IMG/VR virus record: IMGVR_UViG_3300032320_002455
Coordinates: 1 to 27,737 of that record
Source of the DNA: a virus
Lineage: Duplodnaviria > Caudoviricetes
Direction: 5' to 3' (one strand)
Length of the DNA: 27,737 nt
Positions within the stretch are counted from its first letter, which is position 1. Every line of letters begins with the position of its first letter. Positions 8,239 to 17,087 of the stretch are shown here, in pieces. The notes under the pieces are model-generated. The model was not told where the DNA came from. It searched no databases and saw only the letters and a program-made list of their open reading frames with translations. The position numbers were made by a program, and so were the translations under genes.

Positions 8239-9567
8239 ATGAGCCAAATCTATACTATATTCGAACAGCTTGCTTCAGACAATTCTCGTCTAGCTAAAGA
8301 AGCAATTCTAATCAAACACAAGGGCAATAATACTCTGCAACGAGTATTTTATCTTGCCCTTGATCCTTTCCAACAATTCTACATTAGAAAAATTCCAGAA
8401 TATACTCCTGCAAAAACTTTATCTATCACGTTGGATAAAGCATTAGATGATTTAGATGATCTTAATAAACGTGTAGTTACAGGCAATGCAGCAATTGCGT
8501 ATCTTAAAAATATTCTTGAGAGTTTACTCGAAAACGATGCAAAAATCATTGAGCGTGTTATTGCAAAAGATCTCCGTTGTGGAGTATCCGAAGCAACAGC
8601 AAATAAAATCTGGCCAAAGCTTATCTCGACGTACCCAGTTATGTTGGCTTCTGGATACGACCAAAAGCTCGTCGATAAAATTAAATTCCCAGCATATGTA
8701 CAACTTAAACTCGATGGTATGCGATTCAACGCAATCGTACGAGGTCAAACTGTAGAATTTAGATCACGCAATGGTCGAGAGATTTTAATACCGAATAAAT
8801 CTTTTGCTGTTCCTTTTATTAAAATGGCAGACCATTATAAACAGGATATGGTATTTGACGGTGAACTATTAATTGCTGATTATGCAGGAAAACCCGTTAA
8901 TCGGCAAACAGGTAATGGTATATTATCCAAGGCAATTAAAGGCACAATGTCCGATACTGAAGCATTGCAGGTAATGGCTACATTGTGGGATGCTATTCCA
9001 TATGATTCTTTCAAGGCAGGTATAGATAAAGAACCATATAATATTCGTATGGCAAAGCTATCCAATGCAATGCAAGATATGAAAACTGTTAATGCTCAAT
9101 TAGGCAAGTATGTGGCATTAGTATGGACAGAACAGGTAAATGATTTATATACTGCTAAACGAATCTTTGAGAAGTTTTTAGCTGAAGGTCAAGAAGGTAC
9201 AATTCTAAAATCTAAAGATGGTATTTGGGAAGATAAGCGTTCTAAAGAACAAATTAAGTTTAAAGGCGAGCTTGAATGCGATCTTCGTGTTGTAGATTGG
9301 GAAGAAGGCACAGGTAAAAATAAAGGTCGCTTAGGTGCATTGGTATGTGAGTCAGAAGATGGTGCAATACGAGTAAATGTTGGCTCAGGCTATACTGACG
9401 AACAGCGTAATGCTTATACTAAAACAGTTATAGGTAAAGTTGCTACAGTAAAATATAATGCTCGTATACAGGATCGGGGAGGTAATGTAGAGTCCTTATT
9501 TCTCCCGGTGTTTATTGAATTACGTGAAGATAAAGACATTGCAGATATGTCTATTAAAATCAAATGA
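8239..9567 (+). CDS. 30: ATP-dependent DNA ligase (T4 gp30-like)
   Basis: KLDGMR adenylation motif, FDGEL, EGTILK, KFK, VGSG, SLFLPVF..LREDK. Confidence 0.95.
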   Translation: MSQIYTIFEQLASDNSRLAKEAILIKHKGNNTLQRVFYLALDPFQQFYIRKIPEYTPAKTLSITLDKALDDLDDLNKRVVTGNAAIAYLKNILESLLENDAKIIERVIAKDLRCGVSEATANKIWPKLISTYPVMLASGYDQKLVDKIKFPAYVQLKLDGMRFNAIVRGQTVEFRSRNGREILIPNKSFAVPFIKMADHYKQDMVFDGELLIADYAGKPVNRQTGNGILSKAIKGTMSDTEALQVMATLWDAIPYDSFKAGIDKEPYNIRMAKLSNAMQDMKTVNAQLGKYVALVWTEQVNDLYTAKRIFEKFLAEGQEGTILKSKDGIWEDKRSKEQIKFKGELECDLRVVDWEEGTGKNKGRLGALVCESEDGAIRVNVGSGYTDEQRNAYTKTVIGKVATVKYNARIQDRGGNVESLFLPVFIELREDKDIADMSIKIK

Positions 9568-10061
9568 AAAAAATCTTTGTAGATATGGATGGTGTATTAA
9601 GCGATTTCGAAAAACGCTATCGAGAACTGTTTAATACTGACCCCGGCGAAACTAGAGATAAAAAATTTCCAGAGCATTGGAGAACTATTGTTAATGATAT
9701 GCATTTTGAGACTTTGGATATTATGCCTGGTGCTGAAGTATTAATAGATTATTTGAAAACATTAACAAGTGTGCAAAAAGTTATTTTATCCTCTACCGGA
9801 GGATACGAAGATCATGGCGAAATTTCTTTTCAAAAGAGACAATGGTTGTTACGAAATCAACTTCTGCCTATGTGGACAACTGTAATTTTTGTTCCAGGTA
9901 AAGAGTATAAGAAAGGATATGCCGATTCTAAATCTTTACTTATAGATGACACTCTAAGTATAATTGTAGATTTTCAAAAAGCTGGCGGAGCTGCTGTTCA
10001 TTATAAAGAACCAGACCCAGAATATGCTATTAAATTTATAGAGAAGTGGTTGCATGACTGA
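9564..10061 (+). CDS. HAD-family 5'(3')-deoxyribonucleotidase-like protein
   Basis: IFVDMDGVLSDF, ILSS, LLIDD motifs. Confidence 0.85.
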   Translation: MKKIFVDMDGVLSDFEKRYRELFNTDPGETRDKKFPEHWRTIVNDMHFETLDIMPGAEVLIDYLKTLTSVQKVILSSTGGYEDHGEISFQKRQWLLRNQLLPMWTTVIFVPGKEYKKGYADSKSLLIDDTLSIIVDFQKAGGAAVHYKEPDPEYAIKFIEKWLHD

Positions 10062-10203
10062 CGAAGAATTAGAAAAAACTCTCGATGAGATGCGAGAAAT
10101 GTTCGGTTCAAATTTTCCTAATCCAGAGCAAGAACCGATTAGGTTTCGTCATTATGTAAAGCTCTATAAGTTTTATAAAGAAAGAAATCAAAATGAAACA
10201 TGA
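10054..10203 (+). CDS. Small hypothetical protein (49 aa, not in ORF track)
   Basis: MTDEELEKTLDEMREMFGSNFPNPEQEPIRFRHYVKLYKFYKERNQNET; fills the gap and overlaps both neighbours. Confidence 0.7.
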   Translation: MTDEELEKTLDEMREMFGSNFPNPEQEPIRFRHYVKLYKFYKERNQNET

Positions 10204-10741
10204 GTGGTATTGGTGGAATGACCTTTATTCTAAAGAAGAAATTAAGGCAATAAACCATATTGTATCATTAGTAGATCAACCCGAGGATCTGTATGATAAA
10301 AATGCACCAATTGCTACAAAAACTGCATCTGTAAAAGTTTTACCTATGGCATTTTATGGTGATATACTAAAAAAATTTAACGACAAACTACAGCGTATTA
10401 ATAGAACAATATTTGGTTTTGATCTATATGAAACTATTATGGAAGAATGCGTAAATTATAATGTATATGATGAAAAAGACAAAGGCGAATATTCATGGCA
10501 TGTTGATGCGGAGCAAGATGAACCTTTTGATATTAAACTAACCGCAATACTAAATTTATCTGAAGAACCTTATGAGGGTGGAGAATTTGAAATTTTTGCG
10601 AATCATCCTAGACATATTCCAGAATTTACCCCCGGAACATTACTAGTATTTCCTGGATTTTTACCTCATCGAGTAAAACCAGTAACTAAGGGAAAAAGAA
10701 TAACTTTATCACGCTGGGCAACCGGACCAAATTGGAGATAA
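10193..10741 (+). CDS. 2OG-Fe(II) oxygenase (PKHD/prolyl hydroxylase-like)
   Basis: Y.WHVD, YEGGEF, FPGFLPHRVKPVTKGKR. Confidence 0.9.
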   Translation: MKHEWYWWNDLYSKEEIKAINHIVSLVDQPEDLYDKNAPIATKTASVKVLPMAFYGDILKKFNDKLQRINRTIFGFDLYETIMEECVNYNVYDEKDKGEYSWHVDAEQDEPFDIKLTAILNLSEEPYEGGEFEIFANHPRHIPEFTPGTLLVFPGFLPHRVKPVTKGKRITLSRWATGPNWR

Positions 10742-10742
10742 T

Positions 10743-11102
10743 ATGACACCTGAAGAATTGCAACAACCTAGAAGAGAAATGTACTGGTGGGAACATTATC
10801 CATTACATCAACTATGGTGTAATACTGCTTGCCCATTAGTACCAAGATGGCACTACAGAAAAGGCGATGAATGGAATGCTGACAACTGGTCCTTGCATTG
10901 GCTATTGTTCCATATATGGTCAATGGAACATTTTTCTATAGAAGTAGATGCAGGTATCTCGCCTGATGGTATTTTTGTGGGTTTAGTATTACCATATCTT
11001 AGAATAATTGTTGGTATTAGACATACCCATTATCAATGGCAATTAAAACTAAGTACTTTCCTACGTAGAAAACCTGCTATAGACAATCCTCAACTAAGGT
11101 GA
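10743..11102 (+). CDS. Hypothetical Trp-rich protein
   Basis: 119 aa ORF, GGAG SD. Confidence 0.65.
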   Translation: MTPEELQQPRREMYWWEHYPLHQLWCNTACPLVPRWHYRKGDEWNADNWSLHWLLFHIWSMEHFSIEVDAGISPDGIFVGLVLPYLRIIVGIRHTHYQWQLKLSTFLRRKPAIDNPQLR

Positions 11103-11145
11103 TATAATTATAAATATCCTGAGAGCAGCGGAGACTCAGGATATG
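11080..11145 (+). promoter_or_regulatory. Tandem sigma70 and late promoters with a start-codon-sequestering hairpin
   Basis: TAGACA(11080-85)-17 nt-TATAAT(11103-08); TATAAATA 11109-11116; atatcctgag 11114-23 / ctcaggatat 11135-44. Confidence 0.75.
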
Positions 11146-11415
11146 ACAGCGAGAATATATACATTTCCGGATAGATATACCAGAATCATTAATGGTTATA
11201 AAATATCATTGTACAATGAGGAAGAAATATTCATTACAATTACTGCAATGAATGTGTTTGGTAATTTTATGGACAGAGTAACAGATATAACTTTAGAAAA
11301 TTATGATCCATATGATGTGATCCATTCTTTATCTGAAGCTAAAACCTCATCCCTCTTTTCTAATAGAACTAAGCAAATTATTAATAAAATTTTGAAATCA
11401 ATTGAGCCAGTATGA
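11143..11415 (+). CDS. Hypothetical protein
   Basis: 90 aa ORF, GGAG 11130-11133. Confidence 0.7.
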   Translation: MTARIYTFPDRYTRIINGYKISLYNEEEIFITITAMNVFGNFMDRVTDITLENYDPYDVIHSLSEAKTSSLFSNRTKQIINKILKSIEPV

Positions 11416-11954
11416 ATATATTTTATTTGTCGGAGGCACAACAAACTTGTGCCGAGCAACATAATGATAAACACGTAGTAAAGATGATAATAGAATATGC
11501 ACAACTATTATCTACAGCACATCGTGTATTAGATGGTTATGAATTTTATGATACTACAGCAAATGGACGTAAAATCAAACGTTGGAAATTAGAAAACGAA
11601 ATACTAGATAGTGTACTATATAAAGCTACACATATTAATCATCCTTCCGCAATTTGGGTAAGACAATCAGACAAAAACTATGATTGGTTATTTAGTTTAT
11701 ATCAATTGTTAATGGATGAGTATACATATCGGTATGGCAAAATACATGCATGCTCTAAATTAGAACTGTGTCTAGCTAGATTGCCGAATAATATTCCTCA
11801 AGCGCCATTCACTGAACCTACTCCCGCAATGCCTGATAAATACAAGGTAACAGGTGATAGTATTGCATCCTATAAAAATTATTATATAGGTGATAAGCAA
11901 CATATCGCATCATGGAAAAAACGAGACGTGCCTAATTGGTATGTAATTAATTGA
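11412..11954 (+). CDS. Pyrimidine-dimer DNA glycosylase/endonuclease V-like family protein
   Basis: MNIFYL...CA..H.DKHVVKMI.EYAQLLSTAH, H.NHPS..W, AMPD.YK, Y..YY..K. Confidence 0.75.
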   Translation: MNIFYLSEAQQTCAEQHNDKHVVKMIIEYAQLLSTAHRVLDGYEFYDTTANGRKIKRWKLENEILDSVLYKATHINHPSAIWVRQSDKNYDWLFSLYQLLMDEYTYRYGKIHACSKLELCLARLPNNIPQAPFTEPTPAMPDKYKVTGDSIASYKNYYIGDKQHIASWKKRDVPNWYVIN

Positions 11955-11963
11955 AAGGAAATC

Positions 11964-12356
11964 ATGGAAACTCATAAACTAACACTAGAAGAAGGTTTTA
12001 CAGATAACAGAGGTAAAATTCTCCCAATAGTACATGACATTGCCAATGTGCAAATGATTTGGTCAAAAAAGGGTGCGCTACGTGCGAACCATTATCACAA
12101 GACAGATACTCACACCTGTTTCTTAGTAACAGGCACTATCGATTACTATTGGCGTAATCACGGTGAGACAACAATCCATAAAGAACAATTTGGTCCAAAT
12201 GATTTATTTAAAACTGGTCCAATGATCGATCATGAGATGGTCTTTACCGAAGATTCAATTATGGTAGTTGTATCTGAGCATCAGCGTGATGCAAATACCT
12301 ACGATGAGGACATTGTTAAAATTACTCCATTACACGAACAATATGAAAACGTATAA
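11964..12356 (+). CDS. RmlC-like cupin (NDP-sugar epimerase/isomerase)
   Basis: F.DNRG.I, GALRANHYHK, distal His. Confidence 0.75.
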   Translation: METHKLTLEEGFTDNRGKILPIVHDIANVQMIWSKKGALRANHYHKTDTHTCFLVTGTIDYYWRNHGETTIHKEQFGPNDLFKTGPMIDHEMVFTEDSIMVVVSEHQRDANTYDEDIVKITPLHEQYENV

Positions 12357-13476
12357 TACATGCAGATGTTGTAATAATGAATTGATGGTGCCTTGGTTAT
12401 CTTTACCACCTTCACCTGTAGCAAATGCATTATTCCATGAGCCCAATTACGACAGATATCCTTTAGATTTAATCTATTGTAAAAATTGTAATCATATTCA
12501 ATTAACTAGTGCACCCGATCCCGATGGTGTATTTACCGAATATCGTTATAAATCAGGCGTTTCAAATTTCTTTGTTAAACATTTTAAGGAATATGCAGAA
12601 ACAGTTTCCAAACAACTACCTGCAGGTAAAATGTTAGAAATTGGATCTAATGATGGCTATCTAACTCAACAATTTAAGAATTTAGGCTGGGACGCAACAG
12701 GCGTTGAACCTTCCGAATTTTTAAGACAAGATCATTTAGATAAAGGCGTTCCTGTAATTACAGGATTCTTTGGAACAAAACTTATTGAAGACCAGGGTTG
12801 GGAAAACCAATTTGATCTAATATGTGCTAATAATGTTTTAGCCCATATACCTGATACTGCAGATGTAGCAAAGGCAATTAGTATTGCATTAAAAGATGAT
12901 GGCTTTTTGGTTGCAGAATGTGGTGATCAAATTGGTATAATTAACGGCACGAATTTAGACAATGTATATCATGAACATATTGATTACTATAATCCATATT
13001 CTTTCTCAGCATTGTTTAGGCGATTTGGATTAATTGTCGTCCACGTAGAGCAAGTCAATTCACATGGTATTAGTTTTAGAATAGTATGCCAAAAAGCAAA
13101 AGTTATTCCTACCATAACAAATCTTCCTATAAGTATGGATCTTGCGTTAGAAAATATTGCTGACTCTATCTCTAAACGCCAAACTAAAATGCAAGAACTA
13201 ATTAATGGTAGAAATTTTGTTGCATACGGCGCTGCAGCTAAAGCAGTTACTGCGTTATATACGTTGAATCTTGTTAGCGACAACTTAGTTGGGGTTGTTG
13301 ATGATAATGAATTAAAGCAAAATTGTTACTTTCCTGGAACAGGCATTAAAATTACCAGTCCGGAATCATTGGATAAAGATGCGTTGGTTGTTATTACTGC
13401 ATGGAATGTGTTTGAGGATATCAAAGCAAAATTAGTTGAGCGTGGACATTGTGGAGAAATTATTTGCATGCAATAA
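12343..13476 (+). CDS. NDP-sugar C-methyltransferase (SAM-dependent, Zn-binding N-terminus)
   Basis: CRCC...C..C Zn site, LEIGSNDG, ANNVLAH, YHEH..Y, YGAAAKA, VVDDN.LKQ..YFPG; start placed at ATG 12343. Confidence 0.88.
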   Translation: MKTYNTCRCCNNELMVPWLSLPPSPVANALFHEPNYDRYPLDLIYCKNCNHIQLTSAPDPDGVFTEYRYKSGVSNFFVKHFKEYAETVSKQLPAGKMLEIGSNDGYLTQQFKNLGWDATGVEPSEFLRQDHLDKGVPVITGFFGTKLIEDQGWENQFDLICANNVLAHIPDTADVAKAISIALKDDGFLVAECGDQIGIINGTNLDNVYHEHIDYYNPYSFSALFRRFGLIVVHVEQVNSHGISFRIVCQKAKVIPTITNLPISMDLALENIADSISKRQTKMQELINGRNFVAYGAAAKAVTALYTLNLVSDNLVGVVDDNELKQNCYFPGTGIKITSPESLDKDALVVITAWNVFEDIKAKLVERGHCGEIICMQ

Positions 13477-14201
13477 TTTATGGTACGGGAAAATGGGCTT
13501 TATTTTTACAAATTAAATTAAAGTCCTTTGGTTTTGATTCTTTATTGATTGGTAATAATTCTGCGATCGCAAACTATGATCGTACAAATATTCCTTTTGA
13601 TGAGTATCAAAACCTCCCTGTCTTTATAGCATCGGCGACTAAAGATCATTTCCATGATTTAGTGCATTCCTTAATGCTAAAACCTAAAGTCATTTTTATT
13701 GAAAAAGGCTTTTCTAGCAACAGAGAAAAAGAGTCAGCTAAATTACTAGGTAAAGATATACCTAAGTATATTATGAGTCAATATCGATATTCTAAGATTT
13801 TTGATGTTCTTGAACCTTTTAAGAATGATATTATTTCCATATCATATGAATGGACTATTGACAATGGTGAGGTATCAGAATGGGTTCCCCATATCATATC
13901 AATTGACAACTATATAAAAAATACTAATAATGAGAACTATGCTAACAAGTATGGTTCACATAGAATTGACAAAATATCCAAATTTGTTATAGTTAAGGAT
14001 TCTTTTAGAAATTTAAAAATAAAGATTTTGACTAAAGAAGATGAAATTACAATACATGTTGGCACATCTACAGATATTGCTATAGCAAGACGCAACGGTT
14101 CTGTAACTGCAACAACGGGTTATAGTAATGAAGATACTTTAGGGAATCAGTTAAAAGATATAATTACAAATACTGAAAATTTAAGATTAGAAAGGTTGTA
14201 A
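13464..14201 (+). CDS. Divergent Gfo/Idh/MocA-like oxidoreductase
   Basis: IIYGTGKWA Rossmann start, IAS....H, IFIEKG; GGAG then TTG 13464. Confidence 0.55.
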   Translation: MHAIIYGTGKWALFLQIKLKSFGFDSLLIGNNSAIANYDRTNIPFDEYQNLPVFIASATKDHFHDLVHSLMLKPKVIFIEKGFSSNREKESAKLLGKDIPKYIMSQYRYSKIFDVLEPFKNDIISISYEWTIDNGEVSEWVPHIISIDNYIKNTNNENYANKYGSHRIDKISKFVIVKDSFRNLKIKILTKEDEITIHVGTSTDIAIARRNGSVTATTGYSNEDTLGNQLKDIITNTENLRLERL

Positions 14202-14202
14202 A

Positions 14203-15201
14203 ATGAATTTATTAATTTTAGGATCCGACGGATTTATCGGATACCATCTAGTTGATTCTATTCTGAAAGATGATAGATTTGCAAATTGGAATATCCGAGG
14301 TGTGGATTTTAACAAAGCAAGAACAGATATGTTACCCAACGATAAAAGATTCACCTTTTATCAATCTGATATTATTAAAGACAGAGAATTTATTGATGGG
14401 CTTATATCAAGTGCAGATATAATTATGCCTTTGGTGGCTATTGCTACTCCAAAATTATATGTAGAACAACCCCTTAAAGTTTTTAGTTTAGATTTTGAAG
14501 AAAATCTTAGAGTTATTAAACTTGCACATAAACTAAATAAACGTATTATATTCCCATCTACATCTGAAGTATACGGTAAGAGTACTGCACCCTTTGATGA
14601 AGAAACATCTGACTTAGTATATGGCCCTATTAAATACTCACGTTGGATATATGCTTGCTCTAAACAGTTATTAGATAGAGTAATTTTTGCAATGGATCAG
14701 GACAGCTCTTTCGATTTCACATTATTTAGGCCTTTTAACTGGCTAGGTCCGTATCTTGATTCATTAGAATCTACATCTGAAGGTTCTTCTAGACTAATTA
14801 CTCAGCTTATAGGTGATGCAATGTATAGAAATGAAGTTACATTAGTCGACGGTGGTCATCAAAAACGTTGCTTTACAGATGTACGAGACGGTGTTGGTGC
14901 ATTAAAAGAAATTCTTTTACATAAAGATGCATCTAATAAGAAAATTTTTAATATTGGCAATCCTTGGAATAATTTATCAGTTAGAGATGTGGCTGTTCTT
15001 TTAATTGATCGTATGAAAGAACGTGGCATCATTGAAAAGGCTGAAATTAAAGTTAAATCAAGTGGAGAATTTTATGGCTCAGGCTATCAAGATGTTACTA
15101 GCAGAGTTCCTAGTATTAATGCGATAGGTAATGCGCTAGGTTGGACACCCCAATATTCTTTCCCAGAATCTTTAGAAAATATATTAGATTCATTAAAATG
15201 A
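14203..15201 (+). CDS. UDP-glucuronate oxidase/decarboxylase (stand-alone ArnA C-terminal-domain type)
   Basis: GSDGFIG, PLVAIATP..Y..QPL.VF.LDFEENL, FPSTSEVYG, RWIYACSKQLLDRVI, FRPFNW.GP, GYQDV..R.PSI. Confidence 0.88.
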   Translation: MNLLILGSDGFIGYHLVDSILKDDRFANWNIRGVDFNKARTDMLPNDKRFTFYQSDIIKDREFIDGLISSADIIMPLVAIATPKLYVEQPLKVFSLDFEENLRVIKLAHKLNKRIIFPSTSEVYGKSTAPFDEETSDLVYGPIKYSRWIYACSKQLLDRVIFAMDQDSSFDFTLFRPFNWLGPYLDSLESTSEGSSRLITQLIGDAMYRNEVTLVDGGHQKRCFTDVRDGVGALKEILLHKDASNKKIFNIGNPWNNLSVRDVAVLLIDRMKERGIIEKAEIKVKSSGEFYGSGYQDVTSRVPSINAIGNALGWTPQYSFPESLENILDSLK

Positions 15202-16673
15202 AAAATATTAAACGCCTTGCTGTAGTAGGAGCAGGAACTGCAGGATTAGCTGCCGCTCTTATTTTAAAAACAAGACTATCTGAACTTCAGATTGATATTA
15301 TACGAAGTAAAAATATAGGTATCGTAGGTGTAGGTGAAGGTTCTACTGAGCATTGGAAATATTTCTTAGAATTTCTAGACCATCTAAACATAAACTATTA
15401 TCCTTTTATAAAAGAATGCGATGCAACTTTAAAGGTCGGGGTAATGTTTAAAGATTGGACAGATAAACCATATATGCACTCTGTCCAATCTCCTTATGAT
15501 ACAAAATGGGGACAATATCATAACGTGTACGCAAGACAAATATCGTTAGGCGTACCTTCAGATGAAATGTCTTCAAAATTATTCTGGCAAAATAAAATTG
15601 ATCCATGGTTTATGGATAAACCGGATAAAAGTCCAGTTAATCAGTATCATTTTAATACCTATAAACTTAATGATTTTCTTTCTAAGTTAGCTGCAGAAAA
15701 AGGAATCAATATAATTGACGATGAGATACTAGATGTTAATGTGGATAATACAAATAACATTTCATCACTAAAAGGCGAGAAACAAGATTATAGTTATGAC
15801 TTTTATTTAGATTGTACTGGTTTTAAACGAATGCTTATTTCTAAATTAGGCGGTAAGTGGAAAAGCCATAGTAAATATTTAAAAATGAATGCAGCATTTG
15901 CATTCCCAACAGAAGAACCAAAAGAATATAATACGTGGACTTTGGCCAGGGCAATGGACGCAGGGTGGATGTTTAGAATACCAACCTGGGGCAGAATGGG
16001 TAATGGATATATTTACGATAGCAACTACATATCGCAAGAAGATGCAAAAATTGAGGCTGAAAAATATTTAGGTCAAGAAATTACTATAGGCAAAGAATTT
16101 AAATTCGATCCAGGTGTTATAGATAAAACTTGGATTAATAATTGTTGCGCAATTGGACTTAGTGCAAGTTTCTTTGAACCATTAGAAGCATCTAGTATTG
16201 GTACAAGTATTCAGCAGTGTTTTATATTAATGCATAAGCTTATAAACTATGATCAACGAGTTATAGATCAATATAATAAACTTGTAGAAAACATTACCGA
16301 TAATATACGAGATTATCTTGCATTACACTATATAACAGATAAAAAATCTAGTCAATTTTGGAGAGATCTAAAGAATGTTCCTATTCCTGATTCTTTACAA
16401 ACTAAATTAGAATTATGGAAATATAAGTTGCCAATCAAAGAAGACTTTTCTGATGATTCGAATTATACATTGTTTAAGGAAGCCAATTTCATTACAGTTA
16501 TGCATGGGCTAGGGATGTTCGATAGGGACGCTATACGAAAAGAATATGAAATGGTTCACCCTGCTATTAGAAAAGAAGCAGATCACGTAGTTGCAGAACA
16601 TCAAAAATTTATAACGGATGTTAAAGCAATTCCTCACAAAGAATTTATTCGTCTAATACGAGAACAAGGCTAA
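15198..16673 (+). CDS. Flavin-dependent (tryptophan halogenase family) halogenase
   Basis: GAGTAG, GVGEGST, TLKVGVMF..W (catalytic Lys position), DCTGF, GWMFRIP, FFEPLEASSI; ATG 15198 overlaps upstream stop. Confidence 0.88.
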   Translation: MKNIKRLAVVGAGTAGLAAALILKTRLSELQIDIIRSKNIGIVGVGEGSTEHWKYFLEFLDHLNINYYPFIKECDATLKVGVMFKDWTDKPYMHSVQSPYDTKWGQYHNVYARQISLGVPSDEMSSKLFWQNKIDPWFMDKPDKSPVNQYHFNTYKLNDFLSKLAAEKGINIIDDEILDVNVDNTNNISSLKGEKQDYSYDFYLDCTGFKRMLISKLGGKWKSHSKYLKMNAAFAFPTEEPKEYNTWTLARAMDAGWMFRIPTWGRMGNGYIYDSNYISQEDAKIEAEKYLGQEITIGKEFKFDPGVIDKTWINNCCAIGLSASFFEPLEASSIGTSIQQCFILMHKLINYDQRVIDQYNKLVENITDNIRDYLALHYITDKKSSQFWRDLKNVPIPDSLQTKLELWKYKLPIKEDFSDDSNYTLFKEANFITVMHGLGMFDRDAIRKEYEMVHPAIRKEADHVVAEHQKFITDVKAIPHKEFIRLIREQG

Positions 16674-16717
16674 TTATTTCAGTTTTGTTGCCTTATAGAT
16701 AATATAGGAGAAATAAA

Positions 16718-17002
16718 ATGTCGAGAACAAGACCAGAAGCAGAAGGATACTTAGATCATATTAAAAAAGATGTATCCAATGAGGACACTGATATTAGTAA
16801 TTACGCAAAATTATTAGAAGAAAATACTCAAAATTTGATTGATGGCAATATAACTATTGAACAATTCGGAAATATTTCGCCTAATAATAATGCTGTAAAA
16901 GTTAGTCATTTAAATCATATGAGAAATGCTATTATTAATTCTTGGCATTTACGTGAGGATAGACTAAAGAAAATGGCAGAAGAAGCAAACGAAAATAATT
17001 AA
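16718..17002 (+). CDS. Hypothetical protein
   Basis: AGGAG SD, 94 aa. Confidence 0.7.
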   Translation: MSRTRPEAEGYLDHIKKDVSNEDTDISNYAKLLEENTQNLIDGNITIEQFGNISPNNNAVKVSHLNHMRNAIINSWHLREDRLKKMAEEANENN

Positions 17003-17087
17003 AAGAAATTTCTTATTCACGTAGTTTCTAATTAAAGCAATCGGTCACAACGATAAGGTGACTCTGGAACCGTAACCAGAAACTATA

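Noticed and set aside
17040-17080. Pho box upstream of the PlcP-like gene
   Set aside because: GTCAC and GTAAC half-sites are not in 11-bp direct-repeat spacing. The element is inverted instead.
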